Assembly: GCA_963768165.1 (NCBI GenBank)
Contig: CAVYHJ010000002.1
Coordinates: 195,283 to 259,282, forward strand
Direction of reading: 5' to 3'
From: an uncultured bacterium
Lineage (GTDB): Bacteria; UBP4; UBA4092
Length of the DNA: 64,000 bases
Under the pieces are notes generated by a model that was given only the letters and a program-made list of their open reading frames with translations, was not told where the DNA came from and did no database searches. The position numbers were made by a program, and so were the translations under genes. This document shows positions 30,141 to 39,497 of the stretch, in pieces (within the stretch, counting starts at the first letter, position 1; each line of letters starts with the position of its first letter).

Positions 30141-30716
30141 TTATTTGGCAGAAGATTGAACTTGATCCAATGCGATATTTAACTTCAAGACATTGACGCC
30201 CGGATCACCAAGGAAGCCCAAAGTTCGAGAATCGGTATTTTTCTGGATCAGATCTTGTACCGTTGCCTCATCCATTTTTCGAGCTTTAGCAACCCTTGGA
30301 ACTTGAAATAAGGCAGCCTCCAGGCTTATATGGGGATCCAAACCACTGGCGGACCCTGTGACCAAGTCTACTGGCACTAGTGCATCTGCGGGCAGGTTAT
30401 TTTCCTGTCGAATAACATTCGCAGTAGAATCAATTTGACTAATAAGTTTTTGGTTGGTGGGTCCCAAGTTAGACCCGGTGGAATTCCCACCATCAAAATT
30501 CGCCGGAGATGGCCGCCCATGAAAATACTCCGGTTTGGTAAAAGATTGTTCGATTAATTCAGAACCAACCGTTTTCCCATTCACCTGTATTAGACTGCCA
30601 TTGGCTTTATATGGGAATAAAACCTGACAGATGCCTGTCATCATCAAGGGATAAAATAACCCTGTTAAGATTGAAAAAACTACAAAGGTTGTGATCGATC
30701 TTGTTAAATCTTTCAT
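30141..30716 (-). CDS. kdpC: K+-transporting ATPase subunit KdpC (operon 2)
   Basis: 191 aa, paralog of 25013..25579. Confidence 0.85.
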   Translation of the reverse strand: MKDLTRSITTFVVFSILTGLFYPLMMTGICQVLFPYKANGSLIQVNGKTVGSELIEQSFTKPEYFHGRPSPANFDGGNSTGSNLGPTNQKLISQIDSTANVIRQENNLPADALVPVDLVTGSASGLDPHISLEAALFQVPRVAKARKMDEATVQDLIQKNTDSRTLGFLGDPGVNVLKLNIALDQVQSSAK

Positions 30717-30729
30717 TTTTAGGACCTCC

Positions 30730-32793
30730 TTAAGCCCAACCTAAAGATACAATGAGCATGTCTATGAGTTTAATACCGATAAATGGTAATATCACACCAC
30801 CCAACCCATAAATTAACAAGTTTCTCTTCAAGAAAGCAGAAACTGTAGTGAGTCGTAACTTGACCCCTTTCAATGCCAAAGGAACCAAACAAAGAATGAT
30901 AATGGCATTGAAGATAACAGCAGACAAAATCGCACTGTATGGGTTTGACAACCCCATCACGTTTAATATATTCAACTGTGGATAGGTAATTGCAAACATA
31001 GCCGGTATGATGGCGAAATACTTGGATACATCATTGGCTATGCTGAACGTGGTTAAAGCTCCACGGGTAATGAGAATTTGTTTACCCACTTCAACGATAT
31101 CCAATAGTTTGGTGGGATTGGAATCCAAATCCACCATATTGGAGGCTTCCCGTGCCACTTGAGTTCCGGCATTCATTGCTACCGCTACATCGGCTTGAGC
31201 CAGGGCAGGAGCATCATTGGTCCCATCCCCAATCATAGCGACCAAGTTCCCATCGGACTGATATTTGCGTATCAACTGTAATTTGGTTTCCGGTTTGGCT
31301 TGCGCTACAAAATCATCCAATCCAGCTTCTGCGGCAATAGACGAAGCAGTTAATGGATTGTCACCGGTAATCATAATCGACTTAATCCCCATCTCTCGTA
31401 GTTGTGCCAACCTGGCTTTGATACCTTGCTTTAATACATCTTTTAACCGGATGACCCCTATGATCTTTTTGCTATTTGCTACAACCAAAGGAGTATCGCC
31501 TTGTTTCGCAAATTCTTCGACTTTGTTTCTCACATCACTAGGGATACTGAAATGAGATGGGCGTATAAATTCTTCGATGGCATCAAGCGCTCCTTTTCGA
31601 ATCATTTTTCCATCAATATCTATTCCACTCATCCTGGATTCAGGTGTAAAAGGAACAAAAACCGCACCTTCGGGAGCCCGGATATCACTTCCTCTAATCC
31701 CTTTTTCAGTTTTACACAATGTTACTATGCTTCTTCCTTCCGGTGTTTCATCTGAAAGTGAAGATAATAAAGCGCATTCGGTCATTTCTTTTTTATCTAT
31801 CCCTGCCGCCGGGATCAATTCAGTCGCCATGCGGTTTCCTAGGGTGATCGTCCCGGTCTTATCCAACAGAACCACATTGACATCACCGGAAGCTTCTACG
31901 GCACGACCGCTAAGGGCGATCACATTGTGTTGCAATAATCTATCCATGCCAGCAATACCAATAGCCGGAAGTAATCCTCCGATCGTGGTGGGCATTAAGC
32001 AAACCAATAAGGAGATTAAGATTGGAATGGTAGTAACGATTCCCATATAACTGGCATAAGCGGGAAGGGTTACGACGACAATCACGAACAATACGGTTAT
32101 ACCAATCAGCATGATCTCCAAAGCGATTTCGCCGGGTGTTTTTTGCCGTTTCGCACTTTCCACCATTTTAATCATGCCATCCAGAAATGTTTCTCCAGGA
32201 TTGGCAGTAATTTTGATTTTGACTTTTCCAGAGATTAATTTTGTTCCTCCGGTTACCCCACTCCGGTCTCCTCCAGATTCTCGAATAACCGGAGCTGATT
32301 CTCCTGTTATGGCCGATTCATCGATTAAGGCAACACCTTCAACTATTTCACCATCTCCAGGAATTACATCTCCATCAGCGACTAAAATTATGTCGCCTTT
32401 GCGAAGAGACAGGGCAGATACAGTCTCTATGCTACCATTGTCCAACAATTTTTGGGCAGACAATTCGCTTCTGGCACGGCGTAAAGATTCAGCACGAGCT
32501 TTTCCCTGAATTTCAGCCAAGGCTTCCGAAAAGGTTGAGAAAATAACAGTAAACCACAACCAGAGGGAAATCTGTAAATTAAAGGAGAAACTGGTGTGAT
32601 GGGCAATACTGACGATGGTTACTACAGTAGTAACCATCGCGCCGATCTCCACAACCAGCATGACAATATTTCTCCATAGTGTAAAAGGATTTAATTTTAT
32701 TATGGATTCTTTCAATCCTTGTAACAAGAAATCCGCTTGAAATAGGTTTTGTTTTTTTTGTGTCATATGCAATCTCCTTATGCGTTGGGTCAT
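30730..32793 (-). CDS. kdpB: K+-transporting P-type ATPase subunit KdpB (operon 2)
   Basis: [17 protein letters not shown]; paralog of 25703..27739. Confidence 0.95.
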   Translation of the reverse strand: MTQRIRRLHMTQKKQNLFQADFLLQGLKESIIKLNPFTLWRNIVMLVVEIGAMVTTVVTIVSIAHHTSFSFNLQISLWLWFTVIFSTFSEALAEIQGKARAESLRRARSELSAQKLLDNGSIETVSALSLRKGDIILVADGDVIPGDGEIVEGVALIDESAITGESAPVIRESGGDRSGVTGGTKLISGKVKIKITANPGETFLDGMIKMVESAKRQKTPGEIALEIMLIGITVLFVIVVVTLPAYASYMGIVTTIPILISLLVCLMPTTIGGLLPAIGIAGMDRLLQHNVIALSGRAVEASGDVNVVLLDKTGTITLGNRMATELIPAAGIDKKEMTECALLSSLSDETPEGRSIVTLCKTEKGIRGSDIRAPEGAVFVPFTPESRMSGIDIDGKMIRKGALDAIEEFIRPSHFSIPSDVRNKVEEFAKQGDTPLVVANSKKIIGVIRLKDVLKQGIKARLAQLREMGIKSIMITGDNPLTASSIAAEAGLDDFVAQAKPETKLQLIRKYQSDGNLVAMIGDGTNDAPALAQADVAVAMNAGTQVAREASNMVDLDSNPTKLLDIVEVGKQILITRGALTTFSIANDVSKYFAIIPAMFAITYPQLNILNVMGLSNPYSAILSAVIFNAIIILCLVPLALKGVKLRLTTVSAFLKRNLLIYGLGGVILPFIGIKLIDMLIVSLGWA

Positions 32794-32811
32794 GACATCG
32801 TCATGACTCTA

Positions 32812-34560
32812 CTAAAAAGTTTTTCCTTGCAACATAAATAAATGTTCCAATACAGGTCCTAGTGTAAACGCCGGAAAATACGTTAAGGCACCCACAATGA
32901 ATATTACACAGACTAACATGACAACAAACAACCAACCAGTGGTAGGAAAAGTGGCTGTACTTGTAGGAACAATCTTTTTCTGTACTAGTGAACCGGCAAC
33001 AGCCAGTCCCGGTATTAAGGTGGCGAACCGACCTACTAGTATGGTGACTGATCCTGTGAGGTTATAAAATAAGGTGTTAGCGTTAAGACCCGCAAAAGCA
33101 GAACCATTATTACCACCAAAGGATAAATAGGCATAGAGTATTTCTGACCAGCCATGTGCTGAGGGATTATTTAAGCTGGATAATCCTGTCGGTGTAATAA
33201 TGGCAATCGCTGAAAATATTTTGAGTATGATAGGCGCTGCCAGAATTGCAACCACCGTCCAAATCATTTCATAAACTCCTAATTTTTTACCCAGATACTC
33301 AGGAGTTCGTCCTATCATCAACCCGGCTATGAACATGGTGGTAAATACATAAAACAAAACACCAACCGTTCCTATGCCGACACCGCCGAAAATTACTTCT
33401 CCGGTACCCATAAAGAACATATAAACCAAACCGGTGAGCGGGAGCATACTGTCATGCATGGAATTAATCGAACCATTGGCTGTTCCTGTTACCAATCCTC
33501 CCCACACAGCGGAGTTTATAATCCCACAGCGAGTTTCCTTGCCTTCCATATTCCCGCCCACAACGTGTAATTTAGCAAACAAAGGATTCCCTTGCGTTTC
33601 TGTATATACACAAATGATTAACCCAATCACTAAGAGAATCAACATGGAATAAAAGATGGATCGGCCCTGACGAACATCTTTGACCATATATCCAAAGGTA
33701 AAAACAGGTGCACTGACCAAAAGGATAATCGCCATCATTTCCAAAAACATAGTCAACCCGTTTGGATCTTCAAAAGGATGTGAGGAATTCGTGTTGAAGA
33801 AACCTCCGCCATTGGTACCCAACTGTTTAATAGAAATTTGTGAGGCTACAGGACCCATGGCAATGGTCTGAGACCCGCCTTCCAAAGTTTTCACAGTTAC
33901 ATAAGGATGTAAGTTTTGAATAACACCCTGGGATCCCAATATCAATCCTAAAACAATACTTAATGGAATTAACACGTAAAGAATCGACCGGGTCAAGTCC
34001 ACCCAATAGTTACCAATAAAATTGGTATCTTTGCGTATAAATCCCCGGGTCAGAGCAACCAATACTGCTAAAGCTATGGCAGGAGAGACAAAATTATGCA
34101 CAGTCATACCTAGCATTTGGGTAAGATAACTCATGGTGGTTTCTCCCCCATAAGCCTGCCAGTTGGTATTGGTGATAAAGGAGATAGCTGTATTTAATGC
34201 CAGGTCCCATTTCAACCCCGGCAATTTTTGTGGATTCAGAGGAAGATAACCCTGAACCAGTTGTAAGACAAACAAAGTTATCAAAAAGATAACATTTGAC
34301 CAAACAAATGCCCAAGCATAGGTTTTCCAATTCATCTCCTCATCTTCATTAATGAAACAAACCCGGTAGATTCCTTTTTCCAATGGCCGGAATACCGGGG
34401 AAAGAAATGTTCTTTTCCCTTCGTATACATGAGCCATGAATTTCCCTATTGGGATGGACAGGAGTAATGTAACGATTAAACCAATTGTGACTACAAGTAT
34501 ATCTATCATATTAATTATCCTTTCTTCAAAAGATGGTCTTTCATTAATCTCATTAATCAA
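32812..34560 (-). CDS. kdpA: K+-transporting ATPase subunit KdpA (operon 2)
   Basis: Paralog of 27807..29507; alternative start at 34509 (MIDILVV, GAAAGGA RBS) is plausible. Confidence 0.9.
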   Translation of the reverse strand: MINEINERPSFEERIINMIDILVVTIGLIVTLLLSIPIGKFMAHVYEGKRTFLSPVFRPLEKGIYRVCFINEDEEMNWKTYAWAFVWSNVIFLITLFVLQLVQGYLPLNPQKLPGLKWDLALNTAISFITNTNWQAYGGETTMSYLTQMLGMTVHNFVSPAIALAVLVALTRGFIRKDTNFIGNYWVDLTRSILYVLIPLSIVLGLILGSQGVIQNLHPYVTVKTLEGGSQTIAMGPVASQISIKQLGTNGGGFFNTNSSHPFEDPNGLTMFLEMMAIILLVSAPVFTFGYMVKDVRQGRSIFYSMLILLVIGLIICVYTETQGNPLFAKLHVVGGNMEGKETRCGIINSAVWGGLVTGTANGSINSMHDSMLPLTGLVYMFFMGTGEVIFGGVGIGTVGVLFYVFTTMFIAGLMIGRTPEYLGKKLGVYEMIWTVVAILAAPIILKIFSAIAIITPTGLSSLNNPSAHGWSEILYAYLSFGGNNGSAFAGLNANTLFYNLTGSVTILVGRFATLIPGLAVAGSLVQKKIVPTSTATFPTTGWLFVVMLVCVIFIVGALTYFPAFTLGPVLEHLFMLQGKTF

Positions 34561-34714
34561 CAGTGAAATTAAAATTCTTTTCTAAATGCCAACCCATTGG
34601 ACCGTCATAATTCCTCTTCATCTCCTCCTAAAATTTCTCCTGACGAATCATGGTCACCAGGAGATAGACTATTAAAATCACAGTTATAAAACCTGCAATT
34701 AAATCCCCATAGGC

Positions 34715-34807
34715 TTACTGGTCCTCCAGTTTCTCTAATGCTTTGATACAGACAAAGCAAAGGGCTATAATAATCACAGCTATGGCAATGACTTGCAAAT
34801 CACTCAT
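34715..34807 (-). CDS. kdpF: KdpF-like small hydrophobic peptide (30 aa)
   Basis: MSDLQVIAIAVIIIALCFVCIKALEKLEDQ; AGGAGGG RBS 8 nt upstream; sits between the P-II gene and kdpA; not in the ORF track because it is short. Confidence 0.5.
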   Translation of the reverse strand: MSDLQVIAIAVIIIALCFVCIKALEKLEDQ

Positions 34808-34819
34808 GCAATTTCCCTC

Positions 34820-35179
34820 CTACAAAAATGAAACTGCGCATTCATCCGTTTCTCCGGTACGAATACGAACGGCTCTTTCGATTGGAAACACATAAATTCT
34901 GTCATTGGAGACTTTGCCATTACGCGCGGCAAACATCATGGTTTCCACAATCCGGTCGGTTTGTTCTCGGGGAACAACCACTTCAACTTTCAATTTGGGC
35001 AGAAAATCCATAATATACTCCACTCCCCGATAAACTTCTTTATGCCCTTTTTCCGTCCCACAGACTTGAACTTCTGTCACGGTGATGCCTTGAACTCCAA
35101 GGGCCTGAAGCGCGTCTTTCACATCATCCAACTTATACGGTTTAATGATGCATTCAATTTTGTTTAACATATTTAACAT
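34820..35179 (-). CDS. P-II (GlnB/GlnK-like) signal-transduction protein, first gene of kdp operon 2
   Basis: KIECIIKPYKLDDVKDAL...GITVTEV...EVYRGVEY...FLPKLKVEVVVP...RIRTGE aligns with GlnB; T-loop and GDGKIF-like B-loop are diverged; AGGAGG RBS. Confidence 0.75.
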   Translation of the reverse strand: MLNMLNKIECIIKPYKLDDVKDALQALGVQGITVTEVQVCGTEKGHKEVYRGVEYIMDFLPKLKVEVVVPREQTDRIVETMMFAARNGKVSNDRIYVFPIERAVRIRTGETDECAVSFL

Positions 35180-35427
35180 GTTTCTTTAACCTCCTATGTA
35201 GCAAGTTAATCTCGATTCAAATATTTTTTAATTAGCAAAGTGCGGAGCCGGAAACTTAAGGAGGAAACCGGCTCCGCGATTAGCCCATATAACACAATTC
35301 AAAAATATGGGTTAACTTTTAAATTCTAATTACATCATCCGATACATGTATTTGGACTTAAACCAAAATTAACGTCATGTATCTATAACGATGAATCAAT
35401 TATTTAGGAAGTTAATGGGGTGGGGTT

Positions 35428-35590
35428 TCAATAAAAAACCCACTCACTCTTCCACGCCTGCGAGGTTAGCTGACGGGCTCGGGTTGAAAAGTAACCCTAC
35501 ACCTTGCGGTGATTCGCCCCAACTTTCGGTTCCCCCGCCTTTTTCAAGCTCGGCGAACTTAAGTGGTACTATTAAAATTCTATGTTATTT
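35428..35590 (-). promoter_or_regulatory. Candidate c-di-AMP (ydaO/kimA-type) riboswitch leader, copy C
   Basis: Conserved core; internal hairpin CACC-GCAA-GGUG covaries with GCGC-GCAA-GCGC (D), CGC-GAAA-GCG (B) and CGCG-GAAA-CGCG (A). Confidence 0.6.
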
Positions 35591-35760
35591 TACTTATATA
35601 AAAATAACGCATATCCCATACCAGTTATAATGAATTCTAAAGGTTTTCAACAACTCAAATATTTTCAATATTTTACAATTAAATCTGTAAAAACCATTCG
35701 GTAAACTTATGACATAAATGTCATTTAGAACTGCGAAACATTGTCATAATTATGACATTT

Positions 35761-35976
35761 TTAGAAACAGTTATGTTTTTTTATGTTCAAGTTATGGATC
35801 ACCTTTAATTGGCTATTTGAGTTATTTTTGTTTTTGGCACACTTAGTTAATACCACCCCACCTTGAGGGTGAATTGCTTTATCGGAGTTATAAAGCATAT
35901 CCTGCAAATCCATAATTTGATCCCTCATAATTCGGATCATATAATCTTCCTGTAACTCGTAATGGGCATGGATCAT
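35761..35976 (-). CDS. Small helical protein, paralog b
   Basis: 71 aa; AAGGAG RBS; shares an RDQIMDLQDML / RLQIMELQRFL segment with the next gene. Confidence 0.4.
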   Translation of the reverse strand: MIHAHYELQEDYMIRIMRDQIMDLQDMLYNSDKAIHPQGGVVLTKCAKNKNNSNSQLKVIHNLNIKKHNCF

Positions 35977-36001
35977 AGGATTCTCCTTAGTCTTTATTGC
36001 T

Positions 36002-36220
36002 TTAGTACATCAGGAACTTTTGACGGAGTTCCTGGCGCAATTTTTTTAATTGCAATTCGATATTACTTAATGTTTCGACGCCCAATTCGCCATCCTTTTG
36101 AAAACCGTGATTATGTTCCAGCGCCTTTAGAAATCTCTGCAATTCCATAATCTGGAGGCGTAATATACTCGCTCTGAAATCTTTCATTCGACTCATATTT
36201 ATGCCTATTTGAACTCTCAT
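36002..36220 (-). CDS. Small helical protein, paralog a
   Basis: 72 aa; start overlaps the stop of the upstream P-II gene (ATGA). Confidence 0.4.
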   Translation of the reverse strand: MRVQIGINMSRMKDFRASILRLQIMELQRFLKALEHNHGFQKDGELGVETLSNIELQLKKLRQELRQKFLMY

Positions 36221-36558
36221 ACAGCGCTTTCAGACAGTTCTCCAGTTCGAATCCGAACAGCCATATCAATGGGAATCACAATAATCTTAATGTTGGAGAT
36301 ATGATTATTACGCAAGGTTGAAGTAATCGTATCTACAGCCCTGGAGACCATTTCTTCAGGGAGCACTAACTCGATTTTCACCTTAAGTAAATAATCAACG
36401 TTGAACTCTACTCCACGATAAACTTCAGTAGGTTTAATTTCTCGATTAGAAACTTTAACCTCCGTGGCCGCCAATCCGTGAATACCAATATCAAGGAGGG
36501 CTTCTTTCACTTCCTCCACTAGACTGGGTTTGATAATGCACTCGATTTTTTGTAACAT
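36217..36558 (-). CDS. Divergent P-II-like protein (paralog 2)
   Basis: MLQKIECIIKP...ATEVKV...EVYRGVEF...KVKIELVLP...RIRTGE; GlnB-like fold signature with altered T-loop. Confidence 0.6.
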   Translation of the reverse strand: MLQKIECIIKPSLVEEVKEALLDIGIHGLAATEVKVSNREIKPTEVYRGVEFNVDYLLKVKIELVLPEEMVSRAVDTITSTLRNNHISNIKIIVIPIDMAVRIRTGELSESAV

Positions 36559-36686
36559 GGTTATTTACCTCCTCATAAATTTTTTATTTTGTGTTCTCAA
36601 TCGTTTTCATTTCATTGGGACGCCGGATTGGGTGATGTGAATCCGGCGCCCATTAATCCCCCAATAAATATAGTGGATAGCTTGTA

Positions 36687-37028
36687 CTAAGCCGCTTTCG
36701 GATACCATTTTTGGGGATATTGTTCACTTACAACCATTACCGGGACCACATAAAAGTTTCCCTTTGTTTTACCATCAACACAAATAATACGAGTGATGGT
36801 CTCAATCACCCTGTTTACCAGATGTTGGGAAACGATAGTTTCGATTTTGGTGTATGCCTGGAACTCCAACTTGTATTGGATACCCCTATAGGATAAGGTC
36901 GGGCTATTAACCGGATCATACACTTTGGCATCAGAAAGTGTAATCTCATCAATACCCATACCCTTTAGGGCTTCAGTGACTCCACCCAATTTATAGGATT
37001 TGATGGTGCATTCGATTTTTTGAAACAT
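36687..37028 (-). CDS. Divergent P-II-like protein (paralog 3)
   Basis: MFQKIECTIKSYKL...SYRGIQY...TKIETIVS; weaker GlnB-like pattern, C-terminal RxR motif absent. Confidence 0.5.
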   Translation of the reverse strand: MFQKIECTIKSYKLGGVTEALKGMGIDEITLSDAKVYDPVNSPTLSYRGIQYKLEFQAYTKIETIVSQHLVNRVIETITRIICVDGKTKGNFYVVPVMVVSEQYPQKWYPKAA

Positions 37029-37049
37029 GTTACGAACCTCCTTTAAGGT

Positions 37050-37304
37050 TTAATTGATGAATTTGTTTAATTTTTTGTGATATTCAATTGATTTATTATG
37101 TTTCTGAAAATAAGCTTGTACCGTAATCACATAAATGCCACAAACCAATATGGAAAGGATAAAAAACCCCAGAAAAAAACACTGGTCGGCATTGAACCCT
37201 AAAAATGACCAAGGCTGGCTTTGAGCAACAGTATCTGTACTCATCTCACTCCATACTTTTTGTACGAGAGGAGCAATAGCTTGAATTGTATAATTAAAAG
37301 TCAT
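37050..37304 (-). CDS. Small membrane protein
   Basis: 84 aa with one TM segment; between the M23 peptidase and P-II paralog 3. Confidence 0.35.
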   Translation of the reverse strand: MTFNYTIQAIAPLVQKVWSEMSTDTVAQSQPWSFLGFNADQCFFLGFFILSILVCGIYVITVQAYFQKHNKSIEYHKKLNKFIN

Positions 37305-37363
37305 CGTTGAAACTCCTTATAACGTCATTTCATTGGAGGACTCTAAAAATCCATCCAAAAGAA

Positions 37364-37912
37364 TTAAAGTAAATATTTCATAGGATTCACAGGTACTCCA
37401 TTTAGCCGAATTTCAAAATGGACATGCGGTCCTGTGGCAAGTCCGGTACTGCCCACCAAGGCAATGACCTGTCCGCGTTCCACCCCTTGACCCACTTGGA
37501 CTAGAACACTGGAACAATGCCCATATAAAGTAATAAAATCATTGTCATGTTGGATAATGACGCATTTCCCTAAAAGCCCATGCCATCCGGCACCTACCAC
37601 ACGCCCGGATTGCGATGCGCAAATAATGGTTCCATGCTCTGCGGCAATATCTATTCCACTATGAAACCGGATTCCCCCCTCGATAGGATGATGGCGATAA
37701 CCAAACCCAGACGTTATAAGCCCATCTACCGGCCAGACAAAACCAAGTTTTTCATCAGGCACGGAACCGTTAAAATATTGATTGACATTCCTATTATTCA
37801 TCTCAGGTGCCTGCGCATAACTCCAATTGGCGATAATTCCAGGTATCACCAAAAGCAACATAATACCTGTCATCCGTTTTTTATAGAGTTGTTTCCATAA
37901 CCGTTTCATCAT
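37364..37912 (-). CDS. Secreted M23 family metallopeptidase
   Basis: HxxxD-type HSGIDIA and HVHFE motifs; start set at MMKRLW (AGGAG RBS, signal peptide) rather than the ORF-track start 38023. Confidence 0.8.
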   Translation of the reverse strand: MMKRLWKQLYKKRMTGIMLLLVIPGIIANWSYAQAPEMNNRNVNQYFNGSVPDEKLGFVWPVDGLITSGFGYRHHPIEGGIRFHSGIDIAAEHGTIICASQSGRVVGAGWHGLLGKCVIIQHDNDFITLYGHCSSVLVQVGQGVERGQVIALVGSTGLATGPHVHFEIRLNGVPVNPMKYLL

Positions 37913-38097
37913 TTTTCTCCTAACTTTTTGACGAGCAGAGCCGGACTGGTGGCAATCCGACCCTGCTCTAACCCCGCTCATACAATTCAAAATACGGGAT
38001 ATCTTTAAATCCTTAAAAAACACCTATAAGGATTATTTCCAATACATACTGTACAAAAAATGATTAAATTGGTTTAGGAAGTAAAATGGGAGGGTTA

Positions 38098-38261
38098 TAA
38101 ATAAAAAACCCACTCACTCTTCCACGCCTGCGAGGTTAGCTGACGGGCTCGGGTTGAAAAGTAACCCGGCGCTTGCGCGCTTCGCCCCTACTTCTTGGTT
38201 CCCCCGCCTCTTACGAGCTCGGCGAACTTAAGTGGTGCTAAGTTCTTGATTTAATTTTCTA
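38098..38261 (-). promoter_or_regulatory. Candidate c-di-AMP (ydaO/kimA-type) riboswitch leader, copy D
   Basis: Conserved core with GCGC-GCAA-GCGC hairpin; 3' tail GAGUGAGUGGGUUUUUUAU; M23 peptidase gene downstream. Confidence 0.6.
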
Positions 38262-38268
38262 ATTCAAT

Positions 38269-38297
38269 TATATAATACCTTTTATCCCGTTTGTCAA
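38269..38297 (-). promoter_or_regulatory. Sigma70-type promoter candidate for leader D
   Basis: Minus-strand TTGACA (38292-38297), 17-nt spacer, TATATA (38269-38274). Confidence 0.4.
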
Positions 38298-38516
38298 GTT
38301 TTGGTCTTGAGAGGCAGAGTACTCATTGTAATTTAAAACTTTCTCCATTTGGATAATAATTTGTAAGTCATTGAATTTATTAATATTAAAATTTTTTTGC
38401 CTATTGTCATGTGTCAGGTGTAATAGGTATAATATCACTTACTTGAACTAAATTCATAACCCTTTTTATCAAAAGCGTTTTATAATAAATGTTTATAAAA
38501 ATGGTGCGATGCGAAT

Positions 38517-39365
38517 ATGTGGCCATTAAGATATTTTGAGTCAAATACATGGGCTATTCCTGAGGTAGATAATTCACCTACGTGGGATGGTGTAATCTTT
38601 TTCATCCTAGCCATTTTGTTTTACTTTGAATTTTACAGATTTATATTAAATAAGACAGAGGGTACTCAGAAAACATGGTTAAAACAATGGGTAATTTTCG
38701 GTGCTATTTTTATAATCTCTAAATTACTCGATGCCGGTGCATTAACAAATTTTCTTGGGTATTCCGGTGGGATGATACTGGTTTTCCTAACAATTTCACT
38801 TATCCGAAAGATATGGTATTCATCAATTCGTCTATCCCAAAAATGGAAATGGACAGGAATCGGTCTTTTTTATACCTTGATAATAATTTTTTGTATATTG
38901 GGTTGGTGGTGTTCTTACGTATATTTTTTACCCGCCTCCTACCCACCGGAAGAAAGAGATCAATTGCGTATGATTCGTCGAATCATTGAAATTGAACCTC
39001 ACGGGGGTGACTTGGATAAGCCCATCATTCCTTTAACCGAAGCCCATTTGGTGTATGCGGGAAAAGAACTAATACCCGACTCAATTCGGTCCAATCTTGA
39101 ATATCAAGGTTATCATTATACTTTAATCACAAACAAAGCATATCAACCCGCATTATTTACTATTGATGCGGTTCCGATAAACGTTAAAAAGAGACAGAAA
39201 TCTTTCCATGCCTATCCGGTAAATCCTGAAGGACTAAAAGAAGATTTCAAACACGTCGGTTATTGCATCACAATGGCAAACCATGCAGGTGGACCTGCTA
39301 CCGATAAAGACCGCCATTTTCATGAAAAAGGGTATTGGTCTCTTTTAAAATATTACCTATTCTAA
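38517..39365 (+). CDS. Hypothetical polytopic membrane protein
   Basis: 282 aa with several TM segments. Confidence 0.4.
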   Translation: MWPLRYFESNTWAIPEVDNSPTWDGVIFFILAILFYFEFYRFILNKTEGTQKTWLKQWVIFGAIFIISKLLDAGALTNFLGYSGGMILVFLTISLIRKIWYSSIRLSQKWKWTGIGLFYTLIIIFCILGWWCSYVYFLPASYPPEERDQLRMIRRIIEIEPHGGDLDKPIIPLTEAHLVYAGKELIPDSIRSNLEYQGYHYTLITNKAYQPALFTIDAVPINVKKRQKSFHAYPVNPEGLKEDFKHVGYCITMANHAGGPATDKDRHFHEKGYWSLLKYYLF

Positions 39366-39497
39366 CCGTATCATGAGTGGAATTGTTATTTTCAATTCCA
39401 CTCCTAGTACTAAAGAAGATAGGATTTCCCCGCCAATTGACTATCATTTTCATGAAATGGTGGAAAGTTGGGCAATAATGTTAGAATAATAGGAGAT

